DNA of 64,000 nt from Candidatus Nanohalarchaeota archaeon (GTDB lineage Archaea; Nanohalarchaeota; Nanosalinia; Nanosalinales; Nanosalinaceae), in the NCBI GenBank assembly GCA_022729235.1, contig JALDAJ010000001.1, forward strand, positions 320,001 through 384,000. Direction: 5' to 3'. The notes below the pieces were generated by a model that was not told the DNA's origin, did no database searches, and saw nothing but the letters and a program-made list of their open reading frames with translations. The translations under genes were made by a program, and so were the position numbers. Each line of letters opens with the position of its first letter. The first letter of the stretch is position 1. This document shows, piece by piece, positions 48,849 through 57,204 of this stretch.

Positions 48849-49766
48849 GTGAACTGGAAGAAAATAGCCAAGAACATTACAGCGATAGCGTTACTGGTAG
48901 CGCTTTTTGTCCTCGTTGACCCTCAGGAATTAGCAGGCAGTCTGTCAGGAGCCGACCCTGTCCTCTACTTGACGGGAGTAACCCTTTTTTTGACCACATA
49001 TATCGCTGCCGCTCTGAGGTGGCAGAGGCTGTCGAGATCGATAGGGTATGATCTATCTATTGGGGACGCATTCAAGATCATCGCGGTCTCCTACAGCTTC
49101 AACAAACTGTTCCCTGGCAATGCGGGAGATGTGGGTCGTTCGAAGATATTCGAACAGTTCCACGATGTGGAGAACCATGGAAATGTACTGGGGATAGTGG
49201 CGCTGGAGCGCTACCTTGGAATTGTTTCGCTTCTGGGGATAATAGGTGTCGCATTCCTTTTCATCGATTTTCCTGTCGAAGCTCTTGGGTGGATCCTGTC
49301 TCTGTTTGCTGGTATTTTAGTAGCCTTCAGCTTTCTGCTGCTCATGGATGAAGGATTCATAGAAAAAATCAAGGCACTGGTACCGATTGGATCCGGTTTC
49401 GTCAGTGATCTCTTGAAAGGGTACAGAAGTTCAAGTCGTCGAGATGTAACGGTAAACCTCATCTACTCGCTGTACATACGTTTAACCGAGGCACTGGTGT
49501 TCTACATCCTTATACTCGCCCTCACTCTTGAAACCGGGTTCTGGGAAGGCGCCTTTGTAACATCAATAATGAGTCTTGTATCCGGACTTCCTATATCACC
49601 TGGCGGGCTCGGACCGGTGGATGCGACAGGTACCGGTCTTCTGGTGGTCGCGGGCGTCACATATTCCTCGGCGCTCTCACTGGTGATTCTCCAGAGAAGT
49701 GTCGGCCTGGTATTGATGGCGGTGATAGGGGCTTTAGTATATCTGCTGCATGAGTACTTACTCTGA
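48849..49766 (+). CDS. LPG_synthase_TM / UPF0104 flippase-like membrane protein
   Basis: ALRW, PGNAGDVGR, ALER, PISPGGLGP and LQR motifs. Confidence 0.88.
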   Translation: MNWKKIAKNITAIALLVALFVLVDPQELAGSLSGADPVLYLTGVTLFLTTYIAAALRWQRLSRSIGYDLSIGDAFKIIAVSYSFNKLFPGNAGDVGRSKIFEQFHDVENHGNVLGIVALERYLGIVSLLGIIGVAFLFIDFPVEALGWILSLFAGILVAFSFLLLMDEGFIEKIKALVPIGSGFVSDLLKGYRSSSRRDVTVNLIYSLYIRLTEALVFYILILALTLETGFWEGAFVTSIMSLVSGLPISPGGLGPVDATGTGLLVVAGVTYSSALSLVILQRSVGLVLMAVIGALVYLLHEYLL

Positions 49767-50135
49767 TACTTCCTGTCTCTGCTCAACATAAGGGTCTTCT
49801 ACCCGGGTGATATCTTCGGGGCGGTACGGGAATGATATCTCAAGGATACGTGCGACCTCGCTCCCTATGTTCTGCACCTGGTGTTTCTGCCCGGAGCGTA
49901 TGACCATGGCTTCTCCTTTCTCAAGGTCTCTCATCTCCCCATTCACCCTTATCACGACATTACCCTCTTCAAGATAGATGATATCCTGTTGTTCATCGTG
50001 GTAAGAGTAAGAAGTCATCTCCTGTGCATTTATCACGAGCCTTCTCATACCGAGCATCCCTGCTCTATCTCCGACATCGACCTGGGTCATCAGAACCTGG
50101 TCTTCATACCCCCAGGGCTTATCTATCCTCCCCAT
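49758..50135 (-). CDS. Cupin (mannose-6-phosphate isomerase type II C-terminal-like)
   Basis: DKPWG...SYSYH...KHQVQN...EIS...DITRVED. Confidence 0.8.
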   Translation of the reverse strand: MGRIDKPWGYEDQVLMTQVDVGDRAGMLGMRRLVINAQEMTSYSYHDEQQDIIYLEEGNVVIRVNGEMRDLEKGEAMVIRSGQKHQVQNIGSEVARILEISFPYRPEDITRVEDPYVEQRQEVSE

Positions 50136-50160
50136 ACGGCATAAAGAGAGGTCAAAACTC

Positions 50161-51099
50161 TTATACGTGACTGCGGTAGAACTTAACAGTCTTCTTTAGA
50201 CCTTCCTCAAAATCATATTCAGGTTCGAATCCCAGTACATCACTGGACTTGGAAATATCAGCTTTCGTTGCCTGGACATAGTTATCACGAGGATTCTCAA
50301 CATGTTTCGGCTCGATACTTTTCTCCAGTACCTCGTTTAACTTCTCCACTACCGAGTTGAATGAAACATCCCTACCGGTCCCGATATTGAAGTACCTGCC
50401 GTCAAGTTCTTCTCTTCTCTCCGCTGCCAGTATGTTGGCGTTAACGATGTCTTCTACAAAAGTGAAGTCCCGTGTCTGGTTTCCATCACCCCATATAACC
50501 GGTCTTTCATCATCCATCATCCTCCACAGGAACTGGGTCACTACATTCGCGTACTTATCCTTCGCCCGTTCACGGGGTCCGTAGACCGCGAAGTAACGTA
50601 GACCGGTGGTCTGAATCTTCTCATTGTATGAGTAAACCTGGGCATACCTCTCACGAGCCATCTTCGATGCGGTGTAAAGGTTTGTAGGCACCTCTCCCGT
50701 GTCTTCCCTGTGCGGCGGGTCGATGCTGCCGTACATAGAACTTGTCGATGCGTACACGACCTTCTCGACGCCTTCCTCTACAGCCACTTCCACTGTATTA
50801 ATGAAGCCTTCAACATTTACCCTCGCACCTTTCCGCGGATTATCCATGTGCATCGGTGCCGAGCTCCGGGCTGCCTGGTGGAACACTGTATCGCAACCTT
50901 TCACCGCGTCTTCTACCTTCTCACGGTCGAGGACGCTGCCTTCGATGAACTCGATATCGTTTCTCACTTCTGACAGGTTATCCTCGCTCCCGAGAAACAG
51001 GTCATCAAGGACCGTTACCTCCAAACCACGATCAACAAGTTCGTGGACAAGGTTCGACCCTATAAAACCTGCTCCCCCGGTGACTAGAACGTTCTCCAT
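50161..51099 (-). CDS. NDP-sugar epimerase/dehydratase
   Basis: TGGAGFIG, YTASK, LRYFAVYGP and GDGNQTRDF motifs. Confidence 0.92.
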   Translation of the reverse strand: MENVLVTGGAGFIGSNLVHELVDRGLEVTVLDDLFLGSEDNLSEVRNDIEFIEGSVLDREKVEDAVKGCDTVFHQAARSSAPMHMDNPRKGARVNVEGFINTVEVAVEEGVEKVVYASTSSMYGSIDPPHREDTGEVPTNLYTASKMARERYAQVYSYNEKIQTTGLRYFAVYGPRERAKDKYANVVTQFLWRMMDDERPVIWGDGNQTRDFTFVEDIVNANILAAERREELDGRYFNIGTGRDVSFNSVVEKLNEVLEKSIEPKHVENPRDNYVQATKADISKSSDVLGFEPEYDFEEGLKKTVKFYRSHV

Positions 51100-51155
51100 G
51101 TTAACGGTTTTTTAACAAAAACTTAAAACTCAATCTTCCGGAAACTTCTCTATAC

Positions 51156-51581
51156 ATGAGCCTCTCATACCTCCGTTCAGTGATGGTCGGCGAGTCAAAA
51201 GCCTATGGATTCACTATCGCGTTCTGGGGGTCCGGTATAATACTGGTAGACTTCCTGGGGATGCCAGGACTTACTGAGGCGCTTTTATTCGGTTTTGGAG
51301 CAGTCATGGGTTTTGGGTTGTTAGCGATCTTTGCATTTAGAGGTAACCTGATGGAGGAAAGTCCAACGAACCTGCTCGTCTTCAGCTCTGTCCACTACCT
51401 GTCTGCATTATTCCCTGTTGCAGTCTCCTACCTGATCGTACAGTACGTCGCCAGTACGGCAGCAGCTTTTTTCCTCGCCGGTATGAATGTATCGGTTTTC
51501 TATAACCTGTTGATGGTTGTAGAGAAGATGTTTGCCGATAAAGGTATTGCAATTGAGAGAAAGATTGAATCTTTCTTTTAG
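51156..51581 (+). CDS. Small 4-TM membrane protein
   Basis: 141-aa hydrophobic ORF containing ESKAYGFTIAFWGSG. Confidence 0.7.
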   Translation: MSLSYLRSVMVGESKAYGFTIAFWGSGIILVDFLGMPGLTEALLFGFGAVMGFGLLAIFAFRGNLMEESPTNLLVFSSVHYLSALFPVAVSYLIVQYVASTAAAFFLAGMNVSVFYNLLMVVEKMFADKGIAIERKIESFF

Positions 51582-52327
51582 TCATCTATGTCCATCCAGC
51601 CCCCGCCGTAGATGTAGCCAGCAAGAGACCTCTCCGAGGCAAGTTGCTCGAATACGTCCTCAAGGCTGTCACTGTCAAGCCGGTCAAATATCTCCGGGTC
51701 AAGCACATAAGTCCCCGCGTTTATCAGCCTTGAAGGCTCTTTTCCAGGCTCAGGCTTCTCCTCGAAGCCCAGTATCCGACTCCCTTTCAACCGGGCGACC
51801 CCATACTTTGAAGGGTCTTCGACAGTTGTCAGCGCCATAGTCGCGAGCACGTCTTCCTCCCTGTGGAGGCTCATCATCTCGTTCAGGTCAACGTCGCTTA
51901 TCACGTGACCGTTCAGTACGGCAAACATACCCTCGACCGCATCCTCTACAGTTCTCAGCGCTGCAGCCGTTCCCCGTGGGTCTTCTTCAAATACGTAATC
52001 CAAAGCCATACCGGAACTACTGGAGCCGAAATACTCCTCTATACCCTCGTTCCGACCAGCCAGGAGCACGACCCGGTTAACTCCTTCATCGGAAAGGTGT
52101 TCAAGCACGTGTTCAAGGACAGGTTTACCCTCATACTCCTCCATGGAACGGTTCTCTTCGTCACCACAAAGGACAACCGCAGTATCTACAGATTTACCCC
52201 GGAAGTAACCGTCTACGAGGTCTTCAACCATCTGTGAACGGTTAAGACCCTTGCCCGACGCCTCCTCATCGATTTTCTCGACCAGTTCTTCCTCAAGTGT
52301 AAGGGAAACTCGTTTCTTGGGCATCAT
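51578..52327 (-). CDS. RHH domain fused to a degenerate sugar-phosphate nucleotidyltransferase
   Basis: KKRVSLTL...LNRSQMVE (RHH). PRGTAAAL, PSKYGV, FEEKP and INAGTY are present, but GxGTR...PK is missing. Confidence 0.85.
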   Translation of the reverse strand: MMPKKRVSLTLEEELVEKIDEEASGKGLNRSQMVEDLVDGYFRGKSVDTAVVLCGDEENRSMEEYEGKPVLEHVLEHLSDEGVNRVVLLAGRNEGIEEYFGSSSSGMALDYVFEEDPRGTAAALRTVEDAVEGMFAVLNGHVISDVDLNEMMSLHREEDVLATMALTTVEDPSKYGVARLKGSRILGFEEKPEPGKEPSRLINAGTYVLDPEIFDRLDSDSLEDVFEQLASERSLAGYIYGGGWMDIDD

Positions 52328-52359
52328 GAAAAACTGAGGTACTCAGACTTTAATTATTC

Positions 52360-53277
52360 GTGCCCGAAACTCTTTCCGTGATAGCGGTAACAGGCGGTGC
52401 TGGGTTCATCGGTTCAAGGCTCGCGGAGAGACTGGTTGAAGAAAATGAAGTAATAGTGGTAGACAACCTGTCCTCTGGTAAAAAGGAGAATATTCCCGAA
52501 GGAGCAGAGTTCGTAGAGAAAGACATAAAGAACGCTGAACTAGACGTAATCTTCGATAAGGTCGATACAGTCTTCCACTTCGCAGCCAATCCCAAAGTCA
52601 ATACGTTCCCTGACGACAGAGGGAAGGATTTCGAGGAGAACCTGGTAGGAACCAAGAACGTTCTCGATGCATGTGTTGACGCAGATGTAGAAGAACTGGT
52701 GTTTGCATCTTCTTCCGTCGTGTACGGAGAAAACGCGGAGATACCGACACCTGAAACGCATGAGATAGATCCTATCTCAATGTACGCCGCGACGAAATGC
52801 GGTGCAGAACACATGTGCCAGGTCTACTCCCAGATATTTGGCATCGACCTGACGGTACTCCGGTACGCGAACATCATCGGACCAAGGAATCAGAAGGGTG
52901 TGATCTGGGACTTCATACACAAGCTGGAAGAGAGTTCTGAAGAACTTGAGATACTCGGCAACGGGAAGCAGAGGAAGTCCTACCTCTACATCAGCGATGC
53001 TGTTGACGCGACCCTGGAAGCGTGGAAGTCGCCAGAAACAGTGTACAACATCGGAAGCGGAGATGCGGTTTCAGTAGATAAGATAGCGGAGATAGTATCA
53101 GACGAGATGTCGCTGAATCCTGAACTCTCCTACACGGGCGGCGAGAAAGGCTGGAAAGGAGACGTACCCGAGATGCGGCTCAGCATCGAGAAGCTGAAGA
53201 ACGAGGGATGGTCACCGGAGGGAAACTCAGTGGAAAGTGTGAGGAAGACCGCGAGAAGACTTCTCGAAAACCGTTAA
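52360..53277 (+). CDS. NDP-sugar 4-epimerase-like
   Basis: TGGAGFIG, PISMYAATK, LGNGKQRKSY and GWKGDV motifs. Confidence 0.9.
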   Translation: MPETLSVIAVTGGAGFIGSRLAERLVEENEVIVVDNLSSGKKENIPEGAEFVEKDIKNAELDVIFDKVDTVFHFAANPKVNTFPDDRGKDFEENLVGTKNVLDACVDADVEELVFASSSVVYGENAEIPTPETHEIDPISMYAATKCGAEHMCQVYSQIFGIDLTVLRYANIIGPRNQKGVIWDFIHKLEESSEELEILGNGKQRKSYLYISDAVDATLEAWKSPETVYNIGSGDAVSVDKIAEIVSDEMSLNPELSYTGGEKGWKGDVPEMRLSIEKLKNEGWSPEGNSVESVRKTARRLLENR

Positions 53278-53648
53278 TCTTCTACTCTCTTCTCTAACTT
53301 GATCCTGTCTGTAAACCGGTCGTACTTTTTATCGCTCGACACAATCCGGTCACCCCCAGATCTTACGAGGTGTAGGGCATCAAAAGGCGTGAAACCATCC
53401 TCTTCAATGTATAAAGCCGCGACCTCTATCGCTTCACTATCTCCTTTCACCTCGATAAGTTCTACAGTCTCCGAGACCAGCTTTACAACATTCATGCCCT
53501 CCCTATAACCAACCATCATCAGCTCGACCAGAGTGTATTCCGAAGTCCACAGGTCATTCTTGTGCTCCCTGAAAACCTCTTCCGCAGCTTCTGTTAACCA
53601 GTCTTCTTCCTGTATGAGCGCCAGCAAGAAATCGGTATCAGCGTACAT
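53274..53648 (-). CDS. vapC: PIN-domain (VapC) toxin
   Basis: Start MYADTDFLLAL at 53648, with TLVE, TPFDALH and SSDKKYD motifs. Confidence 0.88.
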   Translation of the reverse strand: MYADTDFLLALIQEEDWLTEAAEEVFREHKNDLWTSEYTLVELMMVGYREGMNVVKLVSETVELIEVKGDSEAIEVAALYIEEDGFTPFDALHLVRSGGDRIVSSDKKYDRFTDRIKLEKRVED

Positions 53649-53649
53649 C

Positions 53650-53874
53650 CTATCTTCCTGCCTGCTCCTTTGCCTCTTCAAGAGCTTCTTTTTTGAGTTC
53701 ATCAACAGACTTATCTACATCAGAGAAATTTTGCCTGAGAGCTTCCAGCGGGTCGCTGGACACCGGTATCAGAACCAGTCTATCGCCCTTGCGAACTAGG
53801 TGAAACCGTTCACCCAGATCCCTCCGAACATCCTTCGGAATGTAAATCCGCCCATCTGATACATCCACTTCCAT
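53650..53874 (-). CDS. AbrB/MazE-type antitoxin
   Basis: DGRIYIPKDVRRDLG...LVLIP, directly upstream of the PIN gene. Confidence 0.88.
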   Translation of the reverse strand: MEVDVSDGRIYIPKDVRRDLGERFHLVRKGDRLVLIPVSSDPLEALRQNFSDVDKSVDELKKEALEEAKEQAGR

Positions 53875-53970
53875 AAAAACCCGTTATACTCCAAAATTTA
53901 AATATTTTTCCGAAAAGTTAGAAAATCGGAAACCGTTAACCTGATGAGTGTTGGACATCAATTCACAGCC

Positions 53971-54366
53971 ATGACTCAAGAAGACTTACCGGAGAGCGAT
54001 GAAGAGTGGCGCGAGAAGCTGTCTGGGGATGAGTACCGCATCCTCCGCGAATCAGGCACTGAGCCGCGCGGAACCGGCAAATACCTGGAGAAAGACGATG
54101 AAGGAGTCTACCGCTGTAAAGCCTGTGGTCAGGAACTCTTCCCAAGCAACTACAAGTTCCCGAGCGATGGCTGGCCCAGTTTCTACGATGCAAAAGAAGA
54201 TAGCGTCGAGTTCAGGAAAGACGAGAGCCACGGCATGACAAGGACTGAAGTAGTGTGTTCTAACTGTAAGTCTCACCTCGGACACGTGTTTGAAGACGGA
54301 CCGGAACCTACTGGTAAGCGCTTCTGCGTGAACTCCGTAGCGCTAGAATTCGAAGAAAAAGGATGA
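53971..54366 (+). CDS. msrB: Peptide methionine (R)-sulfoxide reductase
   Basis: GTE, YRCKACG, GWPSF, SHLGHVFEDGP and RFCVNS motifs. Confidence 0.96.
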   Translation: MTQEDLPESDEEWREKLSGDEYRILRESGTEPRGTGKYLEKDDEGVYRCKACGQELFPSNYKFPSDGWPSFYDAKEDSVEFRKDESHGMTRTEVVCSNCKSHLGHVFEDGPEPTGKRFCVNSVALEFEEKG

Positions 54367-54395
54367 TAGAAAAGTAGAGGTATAGGCTCTCTACA

Positions 54396-55310
54396 TCACA
54401 TATATCCAAGCTGTCTCAGGCGATTCATTATCTCTTTGTCGTCCTTGTTCTGGGCTCTTCCAGCGCGTTCCTTAGTGTTCTCCACATCCTGGAGCCACGC
54501 CGGCATCTCATCGCTCTTGTCTGTCGAGACCTCCGAGCCGAGCGAGCGGTATCCTGCCCAGTACTTCGGGCTAATCGGGACATCCTCCTTGGAAACTCCT
54601 TCCGGCAGGTCGTCCTCGCTTTCAGGGTACTCGTCAAGTTCCACATCAGTCACATCCGGCACCATGTGGAACCAGGATACGTCCCAGACCTCTCTTTCGT
54701 CGAACTGAAGGATAGGGTGGACGCGCATGTGTCCGGGATTGTCTCTCGGAGAGTAGAAGTCCTCGTCACCTCTCGACTCGTGTTCATCCCACCGCACACC
54801 GTTGATTACCGCGTCGATACCATGGTTCTCCAGCAGTTCGTTCATCGGAACCGTCTTCAGAAGGTGGTTGCCCGCCTCAGTATCCATCAGCCACGGCACC
54901 TCCTCGTAGTCTCCAACGCGTTCCGCCTCTCTCTGGTTCCGTTCGTTTAACTCTTCGACAGGTACTTTGTCACCGGGCTTGTCAGCCTTTTCTATCAGGT
55001 CCTCGTTCTTCGCGACCATGATGTCGAAGCCCCATTTCTCCGCTATCTCTTTTACGTAGTCCTCCAGCTCGTCAAAGTGCTGTCCATGGTCCACGAACAT
55101 GAACCGTGGTTTCTCGAATCCTTCGTCCTCACAGACTCTCTTCACGAGCCACGCCGTTAAAGTAGAGTCTTTACCACCGGTGAAGCCGATGACAGTGTTC
55201 CCAGAGTCGTGCTCCTCAAGGGCGCGCTTAACGACTTCCTCGCCGGCGCGAATCTTGGCTTTTAACGGTGCGTTCTCGATCTCGTCACGTGTTACAGGCG
55301 GTTCAGGCAT
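54396..55310 (-). CDS. PAPS-reductase-family PP-loop protein, most like sulfate adenylyltransferase subunit CysD
   Basis: FTGGKDS, GVRWDE..SR..E.FYSPR, RVHPI..F.E..VW, GYRSLG and an ERAGRAQ...LGYM tail. It lacks the C-terminal ECG of CysH. Confidence 0.8.
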   Translation of the reverse strand: MPEPPVTRDEIENAPLKAKIRAGEEVVKRALEEHDSGNTVIGFTGGKDSTLTAWLVKRVCEDEGFEKPRFMFVDHGQHFDELEDYVKEIAEKWGFDIMVAKNEDLIEKADKPGDKVPVEELNERNQREAERVGDYEEVPWLMDTEAGNHLLKTVPMNELLENHGIDAVINGVRWDEHESRGDEDFYSPRDNPGHMRVHPILQFDEREVWDVSWFHMVPDVTDVELDEYPESEDDLPEGVSKEDVPISPKYWAGYRSLGSEVSTDKSDEMPAWLQDVENTKERAGRAQNKDDKEIMNRLRQLGYM

Positions 55311-56065
55311 TAGTTTTCACCAGTATTTTTTGTTGCATAGAGAATCCCTGTTCCGGAACTATGAGATACGAAATCTATCTCGAACCCGTTTTCCTCTAGT
55401 TTTTCGATTATCGGTTTCTCGGTGCTGTGAGTCTCCATGGCTATTTTCTGTATCTTCACGAGATTCTCGGGCGTGATAGCCTCGAATATATCGGCTTCAC
55501 TGCTTTCGCAGTCGACCTTGAGAAACTGTATTTCGCCTACCTCGTCCACAACATCATTTATTGAGACCGTTTCTATCTCCTGGTCGCCCTCATCTCTTAC
55601 CGAGTTAGTACCTGTCTGACCGGATTTTTTGAGTTTCTCAGTTCCTGTGGTGGCGTAAACCGCCTTATTCCGTGTATCAACGTTTTCTAGGTCGTTACGC
55701 CTCACGTTCTCCTCAAATATCTCGAAGTTCTCTTCCTCTGGCTCGAAGCTGTAGACTTTCCCGGCGTTCCTGGCAGCCAGGACAGTAAATGAACCTATGT
55801 GGGCGCCGATATCTACCACGGTGTCACCTTCTTCAACGCCGAAGTTCTTGGTGTAGTCTTCGTCTACAAAGATCTCTCTCAGGACGTACCTGTCATCAGT
55901 GTTCCCTCTCGCCAGGAATTCTTCGCCTTCACGCGTCCAGTAAGTAATCCTGTCTTTCCTGAGCAACTTGTTGAGGTAAAAATCATACCAGTTATCGAAA
56001 ACTCTTATACGTCCTTTAAACGCCTTTAAAGCCTCGGAAAACTTAACCACTACTTTCCACTCCAT
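55310..56065 (-). CDS. FkbM-family methyltransferase
   Basis: VVDIGAHIGSFT, SFEP and LKVDCE motifs. Confidence 0.9.
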   Translation of the reverse strand: MEWKVVVKFSEALKAFKGRIRVFDNWYDFYLNKLLRKDRITYWTREGEEFLARGNTDDRYVLREIFVDEDYTKNFGVEEGDTVVDIGAHIGSFTVLAARNAGKVYSFEPEEENFEIFEENVRRNDLENVDTRNKAVYATTGTEKLKKSGQTGTNSVRDEGDQEIETVSINDVVDEVGEIQFLKVDCESSEADIFEAITPENLVKIQKIAMETHSTEKPIIEKLEENGFEIDFVSHSSGTGILYATKNTGEN

Positions 56066-56825
56066 AGTAAGCTTTTATCGCTTTCCCGACGTCCTCAGGC
56101 TGTCCTATCTTGTAGTCAAGGTTTTTCTTGATAAGTACCGCGTCCTCGTGGTGGTCACCCTCCAGCTCTCCGTGAGGTGTTTCCTCCGGTAGAGTCTGTA
56201 CACGACCTTCTCCAAACTCCGCGAACCCGTGGTCGCTCAGGACTATCAGCGGCTCGTCAGAATCAAAGTCATAGTACTCCAGTAGTTCTCCGAGGACGTC
56301 ATCCATCCTCCGGTACCAGTCCAGGACAAGTTCTTTGTCGTTCCAGTAGAAATGACTGACGCGGTCGAGCTGCATGAAGACAACGGCGAAAAAGTCCGGC
56401 TCCTCTTCAAGGACTTCTCTGCATTTCCTGAGTAGTTTCCTGCGGTCTGCTTCCAGCTCGTCGAGGTCGCTGGATACGCCGAAACCTTCCGGCTCGTAAT
56501 CCGTATTATAGTTAATCGGCGGTATCACCGCAGGTACCTGTAGAACGCGGGCTTCAACCTCTTTGTCAAACTCCTCCCAGACAAATGTGCCGTCGATGTC
56601 TCCCTGTTTCTGTAGTTCGTCATCGACCACGAAGTCTTTATGGCCGTGTTCTTCCTGTCTCAACCCTGTGAAGATTGATGTCCAGAGAGGCGCGCTTTTA
56701 GGCGTTTCTTCGACGGTAATGGTCTTGTACTCGCACTCTCGCATGAGCCTGTCGAAGTTCGGTAACTCGTCCCTGTGAGGCTTGATGATATCCCATGTCG
56801 CGGCGTCTATCCCTATTACCTTCAT
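56043..56825 (-). CDS. Short AlkP-superfamily phosphodiesterase-like protein
   Basis: Start MKVIGIDAATW at 56825, with SAPLWTSIFTG...HG..DF, DRVSH, SDHGF and GDH motifs. Confidence 0.85.
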   Translation of the reverse strand: MKVIGIDAATWDIIKPHRDELPNFDRLMRECEYKTITVEETPKSAPLWTSIFTGLRQEEHGHKDFVVDDELQKQGDIDGTFVWEEFDKEVEARVLQVPAVIPPINYNTDYEPEGFGVSSDLDELEADRRKLLRKCREVLEEEPDFFAVVFMQLDRVSHFYWNDKELVLDWYRRMDDVLGELLEYYDFDSDEPLIVLSDHGFAEFGEGRVQTLPEETPHGELEGDHHEDAVLIKKNLDYKIGQPEDVGKAIKAYYGVESSG

Positions 56826-56885
56826 TCGAAAACTCGCCTCGCGTGTTTTCTGCAAGAAGATTTTGTAAATCTTCGTTCGAAACTC
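56825..56885. repeat. Twin-hairpin element flanked by a short direct repeat
   Basis: Hairpins at 56828-56850 and 56856-56874, with TTCGAAA(A)CTC at both ends. Confidence 0.55.
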
Positions 56886-56908
56886 ACCTGATTTTCAACC
56901 ATTATCCT

Positions 56909-57109
56909 CTACTCCATGTATCCTAGTTCCTTCAGTTTCTTCCCGATTTGTTTAGCTTCTTCCTCGGATATCTTTTCCTCGGATTCCATATCCTTGACCG
57001 CTACGTGCTCCAGGAAGCTCCTGACGGAGCCGAAGGACTGGTCCTCGATGTAATCTTTAACGTCTTCCACGAAATCTCGCTTGAATGAGACGGTCGTATA
57101 ATCCGACAT
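56909..57109 (-). CDS. CopG/RHH-like small protein with an LxxLGY tail
   Basis: YTTVSFKRDFVEDVKDYI...FGSVRSFL...KKLKELGYME. Confidence 0.8.
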   Translation of the reverse strand: MSDYTTVSFKRDFVEDVKDYIEDQSFGSVRSFLEHVAVKDMESEEKISEEEAKQIGKKLKELGYME

Positions 57110-57110
57110 C

Positions 57111-57128
57111 TTAATTAAATTTAATTAA
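57111..57128. promoter_or_regulatory. Perfect 18-bp palindrome, putative operator of the RHH gene
   Basis: TTAATTAAATTTAATTAA lies between the ATG (57109) and a TTATAA box near 57136-57141. Confidence 0.5.
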
Positions 57129-57204
57129 CAACCGCTTATAAGTCCTTGGAGATCCTCTGTCCGCACTGGAACCCTATTAAATCCAGAAGACCGGAAACTA
57201 GTGT

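Noticed and set aside
54396-55310. PAPS/APS reductase (cysH)
   Set aside because: There is no C-terminal ECG catalytic Cys and no Fe-S Cys motifs; the tail is CysD-like.
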